64,000 nt of DNA from Leptogorgia sarmentosa. Taxonomy: Eukaryota. This document shows positions 62,768 through 64,000 of the stretch, in pieces. Positions within the stretch are counted from its first letter, which is position 1; each line of letters opens with the position of its first letter. Both the position numbers and the translations under genes were made by a program. The notes under the pieces were generated by a model. That model was given only the letters and a program-made list of their open reading frames with translations, did not search any database and had not been told where the DNA came from. Location: contig OZ210885.1 of the NCBI GenBank assembly GCA_964658305.1, forward strand, positions 20,026,001 through 20,090,000, written 5' to 3'.

Positions 62768-64000
62768 TCATCTCAATGCACCACTGTTTGTAGTTTCTAC
62801 TAATTGATCTAGCCTGTCTTCCTCTTGCAGTCTATATAGTAGATTAGCTGATGATTTCAAGCTTGTTAATCGTTTGTATGTCATCGGTTCAATGACAGAA
62901 GATGCAAGTGTTTTCACCCTGCTAATAGCAACATAGGATACTCTAGCAGTCCATTCTTGCCAATATCTATCTCCAAGCAAGCCTAAGAGATAACTGTTGT
63001 CTCTCATGGATACCTATTTCAGTCTGTGATGTAATGGTGATTGGACATATTGGAATACACAATGGTTGGTTGTTATTAAAAGCAGGACTTCTATAGTTCT
63101 CAAACTCCACCATTACTGTAATAGGTAAGTCAGGTGGCTGGTTGTTGTTCTGATAGATGATATCAACAACTGTCCCAGTAGCCCCATTACAAAGGGCCAA
63201 AGGCCAACACTTGCCCACAAATTAATTGTTAACATGACTCTGGCACCTTTTCCTAGAAACACAACAGGTTCAAACCCAGACATATCATCTGAGGATATTT
63301 TTTTGGCCAATACAGATGAATGACAAGCATTAATATGAGCAATGGTTGTAATTAGCAACTTGCTCATTACTATAAAAGAGTCCAGTAGCATCTTCAAAGT
63401 CACACAAGTTAGTGACATTACATGGTTGACATGTCAGAAGTAATTTCCAGTCTTCCACTGTTGACTCGCCTTTACGAAGTCGTAACAATAACTCTCTAAA
63501 CTGTATTTGTTCAGATGTCATGCCTTGTACTCATTGATTTACAGTGAGTTTTAGAACTTTGTCAAACATATGATAGGCTTGATAACCCTGTTCACCAACA
63601 GCATTTGATGGTTTAGCATGGTAAAGAGGCTTGTCTGCTACTGGTGGCAATTGTCCTGGATCACCAGTTAATATCAGAGATTTCCCCCCAAATACTCTGT
63701 CATTGGAACCAGTTGCTTGTTTGCAACGCTTGTCAGTCCAACCAAAAGTAACTTGGCCAAGCATGGAGTATTCATCAATAATGATGTAGTCGATGTCATT
63801 TAGACGTCTTGTAATCTACACAGACTTTGTCCTGTTAGGTCTTTATTACCTCTTGAGTAAGAGAATTTCTAAGAGAATTAATAAGGTAACTCTTACCAGT
63901 ACCTGCAACACCATTTATAATTAGACACAATGGCTCTTTATTAGATGATGTATCATGAAAATGAGAGTTGACTATGTCATAAGCAAGTTTTTGCATTTCA
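62768..64000 (-). pseudogene. PIF1-family SF1 helicase fragments (Helitron-type), frameshifted, continuing off the right edge
   Basis: INGVAGTGK, IIDEYSMLG, FGGKSLILTGDPGQLPPV, GARVMLTINL, LCNGATG, ERQQL.LRLAW, YVAISRV. Confidence 0.85.

Noticed and set aside
62768..64000. Cellular PIF1 gene
   Set aside because: Multiple frameshifts and stops, no introns, in a TE-dense context. The Rep domain is not visible, so the Helitron assignment remains tentative.

Overview
Eukaryotic, AT-rich DNA with GT-AG introns, probably an anthozoan/cnidarian-type invertebrate (inference from the repeat families; it cannot be confirmed from sequence alone). The window is almost entirely nested, mostly decayed transposable elements, and I can support no ordinary host gene. 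Recognisable elements: two AcademX-type elements, three Mutator/MULE elements, a Kolobok element with a P2X7-ballast-like partner gene, two ISL2EU elements, a DD38E Tc1, a Penelope element with hammerhead motifs, DIRS gag, hAT, piggyBac and PIF1/Helitron-type remnants, and several MITEs. Three observations stand out. (1) A 9.6-kb MULE (26220-35810, perfect 10-bp TSD) has an intact protein kinase ORF that splices in frame through three micro-exons into the transposase. (2) The three MULE transposases each carry a different N-terminal protein-modification enzyme: Ulp1-like protease, PHD+OTU, or kinase. (3) TIR/TSD orientations and split reading frames show a three-breakpoint rearrangement (about 2363, 24780, 36025) that can be reconstructed almost to the base.
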